Origin: Raillietiella orientalis
Lineage: Eukaryota
NCBI GenBank assembly: GCA_036172245.1
Contig: JAYWIR010000012.1
Span: 2,108,001-2,172,000 of the forward strand
Length of the DNA: 64,000 nt
Reading direction: 5' to 3'
The position numbers and the translations under genes were made by a program. Under the pieces are notes generated by a model that was given only the letters and a program-made list of their open reading frames with translations, ran no database searches and was not told the DNA's origin. Shown here piece by piece: positions 50,250 through 64,000 of the stretch; position 1 is the first letter of the stretch, and each line of letters opens with the position of its first letter.

Positions 50250-50950
50250 AGTCTAAGGGGTTGAACGAATGCGCGATAGGAGAGGAGACGGAGGAGAAAG
50301 GAATAGACACGAGCGTCACCGATGGAGAAATATTTGCGTGCTGGAAAAGTAAATTCAGTCATCTACTGCAGCAGCTATAATCACCTGACCCCACAGCACA
50401 CAGTTTTATCAAGATATCTCAAGTGCTTCGCCGAACTTCCGCAACGTGAAAGATCGAGATGGAGGGTGAACACCATGGAAACGACTGTTACGCAGAGGCT
50501 GCATGACTCCGGCACGCGCAATGCATTTATGGTAACAGAACTCCTTTCTAGTGACCATTTGTGTATCGTTGAAAGGCTCGTTTGTCAGGGATTTCGAGAA
50601 GAATTTCGATTCAGAAACGAAGGTGTCAAAGGCTTTCAAGCTAGATCACTACGGTGAACTGCATTAGAGTATGTGTTCAAGTATTCCAGTTTCTTTTTTC
50701 CGCATTGATACGCAGCGGAGCGCAAACAGCTTGGTAACATCCATTTTATGGATATGGAAAAGTTCCAAGCACCACTCTGATATCTAAGAGTTTCTCAATA
50801 CTTATCAGAGTACTTTCTGCTTGGTTTCGAACTTTTGTCGCCAATGGTGGTCAAATTACAAAAGTCGCCGTCTTCCGTCTTCAGACTGTTATCGAATCAG
50901 GTCCTGTTGATTTCCTCAAGCATCTCCAAAGCTCACTTGAACCGACTCCT
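50250..50950 (+). mobile_element. Degenerate LINE endonuclease C-terminus
   Basis: TQRLHD (SRLD), LSSDHLCIV (SDHxPI), FRFRN (FRFxN). Confidence 0.6.
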
Positions 50951-53900
50951 CAGATTGGATGGTTGCTGGACAACCTATTGAAAGGAAAAGCTCCTAGAAT
51001 ATATTTCTCCTCTCAATCCGTTCTAATCTAATCGCAAACCGTGCAGCTCTTGCCGCAGCAGTGCACCGTAGGAAGTCAAACAGTACTGCGGTGCACTGCT
51101 GCAAGAAGTGATAGCGAATGGCATTCAGATTTCTGGCTTCGAGCTGTAATCAGCAATCCGTTTTGTTAATGTGTCTGAGCTCGATAGAGCCACGTCAGCT
51201 GATCAGCTGAAACGCATTTTGCGAGTGATGTAACATTCTTGAGAATCGAGCAGTATCAGAAGGGACCAGGGTCTCGCGTTCCTAGAAGCGGTTGTCACAA
51301 GGGAAGCAAATTTTATTTACGATCGGGAGGCTCCCGAAGCGGCCTGAAATGCATCTGCCGTGAAGAGCTGCAGCTGACTTTTTAACAGTGGAACAGCTTC
51401 CCAGTTCTACGTCCTCTGGACTCCGAGGTTCAGCCAAAATCGTTAGGCCTCTGTCCTTGGCAACTTTTGTATCCAATGATTCCAGTCGGAAATAATTAAT
51501 TCAGTTTCCTGTTTAAAATGAATCACTGAATTTTCCGAGATTCATTTTGCCTGAATCGAATGAGATCGGAGTCTGTTTTCCCCCTTTTTTTCTCATCAGA
51601 GTGTAATCTCTCAACAGTTGATCTCCAAGAACCTCCTGGATTGTTTCCGCAGCCGCCTCGCAACGACTGCTGCCGCTCCGGAACGGGTGCATCTTGGAAC
51701 TATGATGGACTTTTCGAGATCATTCCGATGGAAAAAGCTAAAGAATGCTTTTTAATGGGAAAACTTGCCGAAGAATTTTCCCGAAAAAACAAAAGGAATT
51801 GGGTGAGGAGCGACGATAGAAAAAAAAAAAAGAAATCAAACCGGAACGCTACTCAGGAAGCGAGAGGATTGATAAAGATCGAAATTAAAGCCTGTTTCAT
51901 CAGAAGTGTCGAAACATCTATGGCACTTGATAGAAAATGCTTTATTAAACGCATACCACCATAGAAAGCGATCCCAAACTTTAAACTTCTAATTAAAACT
52001 GGTTTCCTTCAATGATTCGGATCGATCAGGAATGCATGATCTATTAGATTCGATGCGACGTGCTCATTTCTTGTCATTGACAGTAACGCACTCAAGAAAT
52101 GAGTTATTTGTCCAAATATTTGGTGTCCCATCGTTTTCCCGTTTTAGTCGCATGCAGTTTTTAATCGGTAGAGGAACTGATTTTTGTTTTCAAAGGAGAA
52201 GAAACATTGGGAAGACATGGAAAATCCAAAAATTCAACGGCTTCTAGGAGCAAATCCACTTGCCGTCGCCGTTGCTGGCACCTACGATTCGGTGCGATAC
52301 ACACCTTTGTAACCTTTTACTCAATCCTTTTACAAATATCTTAGAAACGACAGCAATTCAGATGCGACACTTTTTTTTTTTTTTTCGTGGAAAGATCGAA
52401 TCCTATTTCTAGAAAGAAGCCAGAATTGCGATAGAGATTTAAGATCAAAAAAAAAAAAAACACGTTCTAGCGAGCGATAATTCACGGACTTGATATATGA
52501 GTTGACTCAAAAGGGATACAGTTTTAGCTTACAATTTATGAAGGAATCAATGTTTATCATTTTCGGTGCTGCCTGCCTCATTATTAGCCATAAATAAATG
52601 ATGCCTCCAGACTATAGGGCAGGATGCTTTCTAGCTCATTACACAGAGTGATCCTCAGCACTGGACACTAGTGTAATCAAAGGCAACAAGTGAGCTGAAG
52701 TCGAATGGTACACTGTACTGTGAGATGGCATAAATCTTTCCAGAAGATTGCATTTTTTTTTTTTTTTTTTTTTTGCTTCGGGAAACATTTCCACTTCAGA
52801 GGATCTGAACTTTCTTATAGAGCAGGTAACTGTCTTCTTATTTTCCCATCAGCAATTTCACACCATTCCATGCCGGCGAGCTTCCTCGCAGTGACCTTTG
52901 TTCGAACTCTTTCCCCGACCTGGACGCGCGAAGCGCTCTATTCTCCTGGAGGTAACTCTTCGCGAGGTGCTGGGATTAGCCGGCTAATCCTCTAAGTTCC
53001 TGCTTTTGCGAATTTTGGAAGCACGAGCATCTTTGACCATTCTCCTTAATCAACCGGGGATGCCGGATTGTGGCGGCTCAGTTTGCTTTCAGCTGAAGAA
53101 TTTGAAGAGAGAAATCCCGTTGCACTTTTAAATTCATGAGCCACGCAGCTACCAGAGTTTTTAAACGAGATTTAAAGTTCCCATCCCAACTTCCCTTGGA
53201 AATAGTTTGCGACTCGTATGAAAGTTTACAGATAACTTCAAATGACATGCATAGTGGCGCATGCAAATTCTAAGCAGAGAGGGAATATTTGTTATGAAAT
53301 CTGTCCATGGAATCACGGGAAACCAAGATCTTCATTCTTCGCTAGTATCAGATTAAGGCAGATGTATCAATAGCTGACTATCGGACTAAGGCAGCTACTG
53401 TTACATTTTCCATCAGCAGCCGAACAGTGCATCTAACTCCTCGGTGTCTGGAGAAACAAGATTACAAGTACGAAAAAAATAACGCTGAATCTGAACTGTG
53501 AAAGTGCTGATCAAACTGACTTCATAAAATACAAAGAATAGAACCTAGGGACAAGTGAGGATGGCTCCCCACACTCCCTTGAAGATGTTCATCGTTTCAC
53601 CGACATACTATCAGTACATCTTTCCTTTCCTTTCCCTCCGACCATTTATCCATTGATTCACTCCAGTTCACTTCAGTGGTCTAATTGTAATCCAGAAAAG
53701 CTAAGAATGTCTTCCATTTCTTTATCCATTGGGTGGACGTCGTGATGTTTTCAACATTGAGAAAGAACTCTTGGGAAGATTCAACTGTTAAGGCTAAACT
53801 AGCAAACGCCATGTCGAGATATGCGCAATGCGAATTTATTAAATTAAATAAATAGCAGCGAATTCGGTAACGAGGAAAGCACGAAGCTAATTTTCCCGAA

Positions 53901-53989
53901 GGGACTCTGAAAAACACACACACAAAAAAAAAAGGTGCAAGTAGATTCTCATTATTCCACAACTGTCCTATTGCTGACAAGATCCCAAA

Positions 53990-54660
53990 ATGCGAAAGTT
54001 TTCGACCTTCGTCTCCGTACATCTTCCAGCAGTTCGTACAAGACGAAAATATGGGACCCTCTTATTTTCGACACGACATAATGTCAGCGAATAGGTGATC
54101 CTTGGAGTTAATGCTTTGCAGCAAGGTCAAGAGAAGCGAGGTCACTGAGCAAGCCGTCGCTTGCACCCGCGAATTGCGAGGTTTAAGGGGGGAGGGAGAG
54201 ACAAAAAGATCGTTCCGAGTGCAGATGCTGCTGCTCTCTCTCGCGTTGCTGGACTCGAACCGTTTTGATCGCATCTCAGAGCAAAGCTCAGTTCCACGCG
54301 AGCATCCCTAAAGTTCAACGCCTCCTCAAGCAGTACGATCAGGTGACGCTTCCTACAGCTCGAGACGAAACGCTTCCAAAACCTCCTCTCAAAATAAGAT
54401 TATCCGTTGCCCTACAGCGGGGACTTGGTTCCCAAATGGAAGACCGTAATACAACGGGGTCCCCCTTCTTGCGGAAAGTGGAACGTAGAGGGCCTTGTAA
54501 TTGTACTGGCCGTACCTTTGTTTGTAACTGGCATTTCATTCAGTTTTCAGTGGCAGAAAGAGAGCCCATTCGTTCTCCGGCATTCTTTTAGACGGAGATG
54601 TGTAATAAGAACTAATTACGGATATGAGAAACACCCCACTGTTTGAGGTACTCTTTCTGT
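53990..54660 (+). mobile_element. Degenerate LINE RT fragment
   Basis: LALLDSNRFDRIS (LDxxKAFDRI) and ALQRGLG. Confidence 0.5.
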
Positions 54661-55949
54661 GACAAACATCTCTGCAGTGTAGCGGCTCAGAGGTGCAGGA
54701 TTCAAGCCTCCCTTCGTTATGCCTGAATGATTAAGATCTGTTCCAGGGGACGAAGAAAAGAAGCTCTTCTGAGCTGACCATCGGGAAGGAGGGGTTGCAA
54801 TTAAAAAATGATTTGTTTAGGAACGCAACCAAGATGAGCAAACTAGTTAACTGATCGTTATCTGTAGATTTTCGCAATAGGTGTCTCTTTGATCACGGAA
54901 AGTTTCCAAAGTAGTGTTCTATAAAAGGAAAGACGAGGTTTGCGAAATGATATTCTCATAAGACTCCAAGCACATTAGTTAATCACAGAATACTTGATTT
55001 ACGTTTCCAATTACATCCAACATCTTGCGCAAAAATAGGGAAGGCCACATCGAAAAGAAAAGGCACTGATGCCTGATGTCGCGGTTTTCCCTGGCATCCC
55101 TTCGTATTCCTCCCTCCCTTTTCATCTCCTGTCACCCATTCCCCCTGCATGAAAGCGCCAAGATTCATTCTTGGAATGAAAATTTGCACATCAGCCCTAA
55201 CTGTACCGTCAATCCTTCTAGTGCCTCTGCCCGAGCTAGGACCCTCTTAGATTCCTTTCGGGAAATCTTCTTTCCCTTTCGGCTTACCAAACGAAACACC
55301 TTCTCGGACTTTTGCTCCCTACTGCATGCATCTGACATTCTTCAAAAATTCTCAAAAATGGGCTCGGCCAGTGGAAAACTTAAATCTGTGAACTCTGAAT
55401 GCATCTAAGAATGCAAAACTGAAAGAAGGATTCAGGATAAATGATAGAAGCTCTTCGTGCTCTTTAGTGAGATCTTTGATCTGCCACACAGAAGTATATG
55501 ACCTCGTCTTTTGTAGACAGACCTGAAATACAAAGGGCAGTGCGCACCCTCTTGGACTCAGCCTCCAAAACTTCGAATCGCCGTATCCCTGGCGTTCTTT
55601 CGTCTTCAATGGGCTACTGAACCAAAAGAAACACCTCCGCTGCAACAGTGAGAGTAGAACGGATCGACCACCTCAGAGCACAACAGTAATGGTCACAAGT
55701 CATACTCAGGGAAGGAGATTTCGAGTACCGTTTTTGCTTTTTTTTTTTTTTAGAAAAAAAAAAAAAAAAAGGAAAATAGGGAAGAAGGCATCCTTGATCA
55801 GTCATCTGCAGCCCAACGCACTGGTAGTCAGCCTGGGAGTAAAACGCATCTTTTTCCGAAAGTGAAAGAAGTGATGATGGTGGAGCTCTCTCCTTAATTA
55901 GGCAGCAAAAGTGCCAACACCCCTCCCGGCACAGGAAGGAAACGGCATG

Positions 55950-56330
55950 GGAAACTGCATGAATATTGATGCACGACTCCCTTCCCGGCACAAGCACTCC
56001 TTCCTGCCGTGAGGGTCACAGACAATTCATCGACAACTCTTCAGAAGGAACTGTGGGAAAATTTCTCACTGTTCTGTTATGTCCCAGAGGAAGCTCTCCA
56101 CTGTTCGAAGATCTTTCAATCGATCATGCAGGATTGCCTGCTGCATCCGCAGACCCTCACGCGAAGCAATGACAACGGATTCCGAACTCCGGAAAAATTC
56201 CACCTGCATCTTATAAAATGCAGGTGGATACTCCCCGGTAATCAAAGCGACTTGAAAGAACCCTGTGAACGATACGAAAGAAGAAAAAAGCAACTGAAAG
56301 CGAAAAAAAGAGAGAGAGAGAGATGGTGAG
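55950..56330 (+). mobile_element. Possible LINE endonuclease fragment
   Basis: EGTVGKFLTVLL and WILPGN (GDFN-like). Confidence 0.3.
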
Positions 56331-59300
56331 CATGGAAATACGGGTGGCAAATGACAAGAGCGCACTCACTGGAACATCCCTGCAGCTTTCCTGCAAGTCA
56401 GTGTGCCAAGATCATCCGTGAGGGAACCAAACAGAAAGGAGCATTCGATCCCAGACCGAAAGGGAAGAGGGTGCTTCTCGCCACTGTTTTGGCGTAGGGG
56501 GGTGCGTACTCGTCCTGCTGCCCCCTCACGCTCCGAGGAATCACTTGGTCCAGAGCGGATTCCTGGACTCGCTGGACCTCGCCGAAGGAACCGAGGAGCA
56601 GTTCCGCTCCAGCGAGCCCCCTTCCTAGGCCTGTCCCGGACTCATTGTTGCGACCGATGGCGATGAGCAGATGCGGGCCTCGGAAACAATGCCTCCCCTC
56701 CCCCCTCCCCTGCCCGAAGCCTGCCGGAAGCGTCCCTTCCAATCACCAGGCAACCGGTCGCGCGGAGACTTAGGCCACCCGAGCATTTTATTCATGCCGA
56801 CAGGGAAGCTGCGAGGGCTGTAGATGTGCTGCTGCTGCGGACGAGCGCTCCGGACCAAGTTTCGTGTTTCCCTCCTCCTACCCAGGTAAGGTTAGCAGCG
56901 GATTTGCTCACTTAGGCAAGCTACGGAGATCGCGCGGGGTCCTGGAAAAAGAATCATCATGGTGACCACTTGGGAACGAGCAACACGGGGAATCATAGGG
57001 AACGGATGAAACTCGAGCGCCATTTTTTTTTTCTCTCTCCCTCTCTCTCTCTCTCTGCCCCCGTCCTTAATTTAGGCACACTTTGCTGTCGATCTCAAAA
57101 CCATTCATTTCGGAGCTTGATATTCTATGTAAGTACCATAGACAACGCAGAATAATTAGCTTTTGAGCGTGATTAATGATTGTCTGATCACTTGAGAAGA
57201 TTCTTCCATCACACGATGCAGATGATTGATTCAATTTTCCCGATTTTCAGGCTGCATTTCCTGGAGGAGGGTTTTTTTTTTTCTCTCTCTCTCTTTTCTT
57301 TACAAAATTTCCCCTACAAACAGAATACGACTCGAAATCCAGTGGCAGATGCAGGGATAACCGGGGACTTTGCACCCCAGTTTTCATCCAGGCTCTCCGC
57401 ATCCACAACTTGGCTCCAGATGTGCCTGGGATGCCCGCATTCCAGATGGAAGTGTTTTTCACATCGAATTTTTTACATGTCGTTTATCGAATCGGAAGTG
57501 TTACTTAGTCTCTGACGCCCCTCCGAAGCTGCAGAAAAAACGTCTGTCTTGTGCCATTAACAACCCTTGCAAAGGAGTAGCCGCTTTTACTACTTTTTCT
57601 TATTGCTCTACCCTGCTGCAGAATTAACGGTAAGTATCCTGCGCTTTTTTCCCAAGCTCGAGATAAAATTTTTAATATGGAATTTTATGCGTGTTTCCAA
57701 AGGGAGTTCCATCACCTACGAATTCCTGTTTTTGCGACCTGTGAAAACCTGAAATCCTCACTCTGTTTTTTCTTCCTCTTTACTTTCTTAATCCCCTCTT
57801 TTCCCGAACTGCTTTCTGAGCTCATCTACTCCAACCTTCCTTTTTTTGTTTCTCTCGAATGGGACCGAGGGCTCTGCCTTGAGGAGGAGGAAGATTTTCG
57901 TTGCGTCTTTTCATCTTCGGCTCCTACGAAGAGCTTGGCGTGACGGAAGTCACCAACTCGAACGACACGCGGTAAAGCCGAGTGCACTAAAATTTGAAGG
58001 AGAAAAAGGCAAACATAGAAACAAAGAGGAAAAAAAAGAAGGGACAGGAGGAATCCATAGCCGCATTTCCTACTTCCACTTCCCTTTTGCATCTCGCTTC
58101 TCCCTCCAAAAATTTCACTCATAGTGATCACTTGAAGATTCTTTTTGTGCGCTTGCGGAAACCACTGAGGGTTTTCATACTTTATGCGGTCACGTCCAGC
58201 ATCCTTGGAAATAGGTAACACGTGTTATTCCTCCCACGGATTCGAGAAGAGAAAATCATCCATGAGTACACTTTTTTTTCTTCTTCTTCTTTTTTTTTTT
58301 TATTATCGTGAATGCACACTGCTATGATAAACAAATATATATATATATATATATATATGCCGTTGTGCAATCTACATAACAGTCCCTTAAGAAGGAACAC
58401 GTCCTTACATAGAATACAGCCATACTGCAAGAAGTGTATGATTGTGGCACGTGGAATTTCGTCGATTCTGAAGTACATCCACGTGCTTTTTCCAAGTCGA
58501 GCTTTTCTCATCGCTTCTTCCTTGTTTTTGATACCTGAAGATTCCCCCTTCCACCCTTCTATCAGCTTGTTTTCGACGATTCTCAAAGTAAAACGATAGA
58601 GGGGGTCCTCTCCCAGTGGATAACGGAAAGATAGTAAAAGTAATAGCTCAGTGCACAGGATGGATAAAAGGAGATGGAAATTCACAGCTGTAAGGCTTTT
58701 CATTTGGAAGCCACGATATCCTGTTTCCTTTGAGCTGATCCACTCATTCCAGGAAGGCAGAGTCGAAACCACGTCATCTCGGAGTGGGTTCCCCCTCCCC
58801 CCCTCTTCTTCCTTCCTTCCTTTCTTTCCCTGCCTGTCTCACGTGTAAGCGAGCGACCTCATTCTGCGGCAATCGAGTTCCTCTAAAAACCGATCCGTAC
58901 GATTCTTTCGCTTCTCTGTTTCATCTCGGTTTCGGGTTTCAACAGCTTGGTTACATTTGTCGCATCCTCGCTGAATACTCGTTGCCTCCTCTTTTCCTTC
59001 TTCCTCATATGGGTAATCCGAGCGACACCTCGGGAAAATGGGGGCTTCCGAAAATAGGAAAGTGGACCGAGAGGTCTCGTATCTGTCCTCCACTTGCAGA
59101 TAAAAACAGAACGGTTGCATTGCATCCTCCTCCACAGCTGCGCGATCGGAAATCCAAAAGAAAAGGAAATTTTCTTTTTTCCTTTTTTTTCCCCCCCCGA
59201 AGAATAAAACGTGGCTCAAGGATGCAAATAAGCCGGAAAGCAAAGCTCGGCAAGCGGGGACGGAGATTTCGCTCTTCCTTTGCTGCCTTCAAGTTGCCAC

Positions 59301-59799
59301 GGAGTGGTCATGCTGATGCCGGGAGGCAACGCGCGCCAGTGCAAGAAGGAAACCACACCAAAGTCACCTCACCGCCCCCTCGGCTGCGGGGCTTCCGAAA
59401 CTGCCTTGAGGAATTTTCCAGAATCACGTATCCCAGGCATTCAGCATTTATTCATTTGTGTGCATCTCGATCGATCATATCTTCCCGGAAACAGCATTGA
59501 TAATTCTCCTCGTGAAGCACTCCTTAACCAATGAATAGGGAATGAGTAAAATCATCGAGGGGGAGAGCACGTGTGAACTGGGATCAGGAAATGAATAAAT
59601 AATGCTGCAGCGATGCATGTGAAAAGGAAAAATAAAAGCAGAAAGAAATGAAAAAGCGTTTAGCACGCTCTGCTTGAACTCTGTATTTGCTTTAAATTAT
59701 TTTTTTCCCTCTTTCCGAAAAGGATTTTGGTCCTGTGTCCAGTGCTCTCTGAAGTAGCTTCCAGTCAAACTACGCGGTTATGCCTGCAACATCGAGGAG

Positions 59800-60900
59800 C
59801 ACCTCTGCATCCCGGAGATTTCAGTCGCTGCAAATCGTTTCCAAAGATCACAACATAAAGAGAATTGAAATCGTCTAGAATTCCGCATTCCATTTGCTTC
59901 TTTAATGGAGGTAATTTTCTGGCGATTGCTATGGAAACAGCGACGAAGGACACCAGCAACGCTCGCAAGGTGGAAATCCTACTAATCAATGAACGATCAG
60001 AAAATGGAAAGGATCTTCATTGGGGAAATGAGCACCAACTTTTTTTCGTTTTAAAAAAAGGCATCAAAAGATCAGAAAGGCTCTCTACCTCATTTTATGG
60101 CACTGCTTCAAGTAAAAACTTAATTATCGTTAATATAACGCTCAATGCCTTCCTTCGATTTGACGTCAGATGTAGTCAGATCTCAGGTTCTGTGACTTGG
60201 TTGATGATGAGCACTACCGTTTCGGTCTCAGCTTTCTAGCGCCGCCACCATCTCACTTTCCTCGTGCGCATACGATAAGCATATATAAATTACCTTTCTT
60301 CCACGTAAGCGCTACTTATTGTCTTCATACAATCTACGGCACATGTAAATGCACCTCCAAGGTTCAGGTAATGTAGCAGTTCCCCTGTCCCGATGCAAGA
60401 GATAAAGACCTCCCTGCCTGAAGATACATGAACTCATGCAAATGTGGAAACCTGCATCGCATCTTCCTCGTCCTTCTCCTTTTCCATCTTCCTCGTATCT
60501 CCGTCGCTTTCGATCTTGCTGGCTCCTTGATCACTCCGAAAGAGACGGAATGTGAGGTCGAAACAAGTGCATTCGTCCAAACCACTGAGATGGTGCTGCT
60601 GTCGGTTGGTCCAGAGGCACATCCTGAATACGCTCCTTGTAATAACGGCAGCCAGAGTGAAGATTTGCAGAACTACAAAAGCCGATCACTGCACGCATAT
60701 CGTCTGCCTCTTTCAGCTCCAATATGCGTAGCACTCGATTGCGGTGTTTTTTGCTTTTGCTTAAAACATCCGCGGATGACAGCGTCTGAAACAACGGTGA
60801 GTTCTTGCAAAACACCTGCAAGTGTGCAACATCAGAAAGAAAGCACTGCCATCCGTAATTAGGCAGAGGCTGCCAACATAACTAAAGAAACACTTAAGTA
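59800..60900 (+). mobile_element. Degenerate LINE linker / RT N-terminus
   Basis: HWGNEHQLFFVLKK (GE.NT.FF.LEK) and CKCGNL...LLFHLPR. Confidence 0.4.
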
Positions 60901-61869
60901 GCATTTTTGCATGGAATGCCTTGCGTCCGTGGACACGCAACGCAACCAACCTCGGGAAGAAAAAAAAAAAAAAAACATTCCACAGGAATCAGAAGGCCTG
61001 CATCATAGTAAATTCCAATACAGAGCAAGGATCTGCCTTTACTAATGCTGATGAATGATTGGGGATGCTTAATTTGTGATCCTACGTGGATTTTCAAGTT
61101 GAGCGACATGACGGAAATCACGATGGACACCTTTGCTTGCCAAAAGTGGAACTCAGAATAAAGGGAATCTGGCATTCCTGTGATCAGTAGCAGACAAGCA
61201 TCCGTCTCCAAAGTATTTAAGGGGTATTCCGTGTAGCTGCTACCCGTGTCAAAGCTTGCAGAAACAGCGCCAGCAGAAAATCTTCGAAGCTATCAATGAA
61301 AGCAGTTTGATGAGCGTGGCAGCAGGAAAGAAACGACAAGGGCAGTTTCAGTACAGCCCGTTCTGTAGGACTGACGGCAGGATGGGCTTGAATAGCTCTT
61401 GGCATTTCTTGCTCAACCTCATTTTGTCTCCAGTTTTCATCCTTTCTTTCCTTTTTTTCTTTTTAAAGGATCCGCCCAGGAGCCCAATTCCTTCCTTGCT
61501 TCGGTTCTCACCGACTACGAGCTCGGCTCGAAAAACTCTCTCACGACAAAGAACAAAAGTGCTAGGAAACGTCTAAGGTTTCGGACTTGAAGAGATTCGG
61601 ATTTTCGCTACCGGTTGCTATGGGAACTTTAAACTTAATTTCATCCAATAAGAGAGCCTGGATTTATGGCCCCGTTACTACACTGGACATGTGATTAACT
61701 GCACTGGAAGTTTTACATGTATCAGATTAATGAGGATCGTGCATGCATTACATAACGAAACAGGAGCTTTCAGTTATTCACGGAATCTGTCAGGAACAGA
61801 CTTCAAGATATTTTCACTGTTCTGTGCTATTCCCTTGACTCTCACTTCAACCCACTTGTACGTAAACAG

Positions 61870-62450
61870 GAATGCTTGGTCTCTGGCTCTGGAGTCCTCT
61901 GGCTCCTGTTTCCTCTGATTTTATGGCCGACCGGTGCGTTTTCTTATCGCAACCGCAATGGACTGCAGCACATCGCCTTCCGCAAGGAACCATCGTTAAC
62001 TGGAAGGGGCTTGGTTTTCTCACGCAGACTGATGTTGACCTACCTTCCCGTTTATATAATCTCCATGGCAAAGGGAGAAGAACATCACTTTTCTTTGGTA
62101 GCGCACTCGCCGGCGGTGATGGGTTTCGAGTTTTCACTTTCGAAGTTGGACCGTGGAAGACCGCCAAGGACCCGGGATTGGGAAACCCTTCCGACATCGA
62201 AATGGCGCTGCCTTCATCCTACTTTTGGTTGAACAGGGTGGAGTCATGCTAGCCGAGACGGTGCACAAGCTGAGCACAGGTTCGCTTTCCACATCTCCGT
62301 GTTCCTCCGTTGTTTGCTGGTTCCCGTGATGATCAAGAAGCATTCGCTTTCTTTGCTTGGTTTTTTACCAGCTAGAGTGGCAAACACGAGGCAGCACAGG
62401 CTAAGAGCGGCGAGCATCCCGAACTGTCCGCGACGCCATAAAAGTACCAA
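61870..62450 (+). mobile_element. Degenerate LINE APE endonuclease
   Basis: DRCVFLSQ (DI.FLQE), RLYNLHG..RRTSLFF (NVYxP...FF), LAGGDGF (GGDFN). Confidence 0.55.
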
Positions 62451-64000
62451 TCATTTCTCTTAGCGTATAAGTGAGACGAATGGGGAAAAGAATGAAGAAT
62501 CATCGATAGGTCCTCGACAGCCTCCTTATAAAAAGAAAATAGCCTGTTGTATCGCTTGTTCCAAACGCTGTGTTCCTTCCGTTTATGCAATTTTTGAGCA
62601 ATTTGGAATTCCAGTCAGCTACCCTTCGCGACTGATGGCTGTGAGGAATATCTGACAGTGCAGGGAAACTCCGTTGCACGGCTGTTTTTTTGTTTTTGGT
62701 TAAGCGAAAATCGTCCGAGATTCCAAAGCCAGTGCAAAAAAAAAAAAAAAAAAGCCGATATTTGATTCTGAACTGCACATGGCTGAAAGACATTTCATTT
62801 CTCCCATCGAAGTTGCCGGGAATTTCGGGAAAGAGGGACGAGGATAAACAGCTCGAAGTGAGAATTATCGAGGGGGTGCTGATAGCGAACCGGAATCACG
62901 GAACCAGCAGTTTTGTGACGCAGAAAGAGCGAATCCTTGAGGCCGAATGTGACCCACAAATGCAGTTTCCACCATAAATGCAGTAGAAGAAGATAGAGCG
63001 AGCATAAGGCCTGTTAGACTACTGGTTGCTTATGACCCTTTGAAGGGCATCGTGTGCTTGGGGAGAAACGGAAACGAGGCATTGAATCTCTGGGATCCAC
63101 GCTATCCTTCAGCTCAAGACCCCAGAAAATAATTTATTCAGGGGAACAGCGAGAGTGGAGCTTGGGAACAAATATGAAAGTTCATCTCGCAGAGGTATCC
63201 CTGTCCTCCTCCTTTCATACCAAGGAACAGATCTGTAGTAACGGTCATCCACGTGAGCGATGAGCTTCCGTCGAAAATCCAATTTAAAATTCTTCGACAG
63301 CTGAAAAATTTTGACCAACCTTCGGTTGTTCTTAGAAGCCGGAACTTCCGGATACTTCAGGACCTCCTCAAAAGCTAGACTGTCCGCATTCCTCAGGATC
63401 TGTTAATTATGAGAAAGTGGGTTTTAAGGAAGATACTGAATTTATAATCGAATAAGAAAGCAAATGCATGAGGAAGATTGCCAGAATCCCAACTTTTCTC
63501 GCGCTTTTATTGATGCATGCATAATCGCATGAGATGGCGCATGTGAAAATTTGCAAATTTATAATGGGAAATGCCGTCCACTTGTGGTGCTGCGGCTCGA
63601 TCACCCAAAGCAAAATATTTTACGCGTTTTTCGCTCGTTCTAAAGGGGATATGTGGACAGAATGCTGAAAGATGCATCGGTGTGTGACCATAGGATTTTC
63701 TTCTCAGCTTCCGGTTTCCAGAAAATTTCCAGAAAATAGCACGCAGCAAAAACTTGCGTGAGATCACGCACCGTTCCTCCGTCTCCCGGTTACAGCTGGG
63801 ATCTCCATCTTGAGATCCGGAATTTTTGGCCTCCATCCATATCTGGTGTTTTCATCTCTTTTTCATCACTTTTTCCAGTCATTTAGAAATCAATACCCTA
63901 AGCGTCAGTGCACTGAGAGTCGATCGATTTCAGGTGGACTGGATTTATGGTGCAGAGTGCAGTGGAAGGAGCAAATATCCCTTTGGCGAAGGAATCTTCC

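Noticed and set aside
62368..62418. Signal-peptide-like exon MLAALSLCCLVFATLA(G)|GT on the minus strand
   Set aside because: It falls on the antisense strand of a LINE endonuclease relic, the donor (GTAAAA) is weak, and no downstream exon was identified.

Overview
Eukaryotic genomic DNA, probably from an arthropod, with no prokaryotic features (no operons, CRISPR or rRNA). One real protein-coding gene is supported: the 5' five coding exons (301 codons, canonical GT-AG introns, consistent phases) of a minus-strand SCY1-like pseudokinase resembling the SCYL2/Drosophila bma type. It continues beyond the left edge of the window. Most remaining sequence, intronic and intergenic, reads as a graveyard of about 29 heavily decayed L1/Tx1-type LINE ORF2 relics, recognised by eye from eroded endonuclease, RT and C-terminal Cys/His motifs. 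Their orientations form blocks: mostly + at 1-24.6 kb, all - at 24.7-48.3 kb, all + at 49-62.5 kb. The most unusual element is a ~1.15 kb palindromic (foldback/MITE-like) repeat with a tRNA-like Pol III A/B-box core at its centre. It occurs as complete, partial, core-only and arm-only copies. Also present are a ~550 bp inverted repeat, a 32-bp minisatellite and several near-perfect short hairpins. Nearly all ORFs in the supplied track are spurious or are fragments or antisense shadows of the relics. All TE calls come from manual motif matching without database searches, and their boundaries are approximate.
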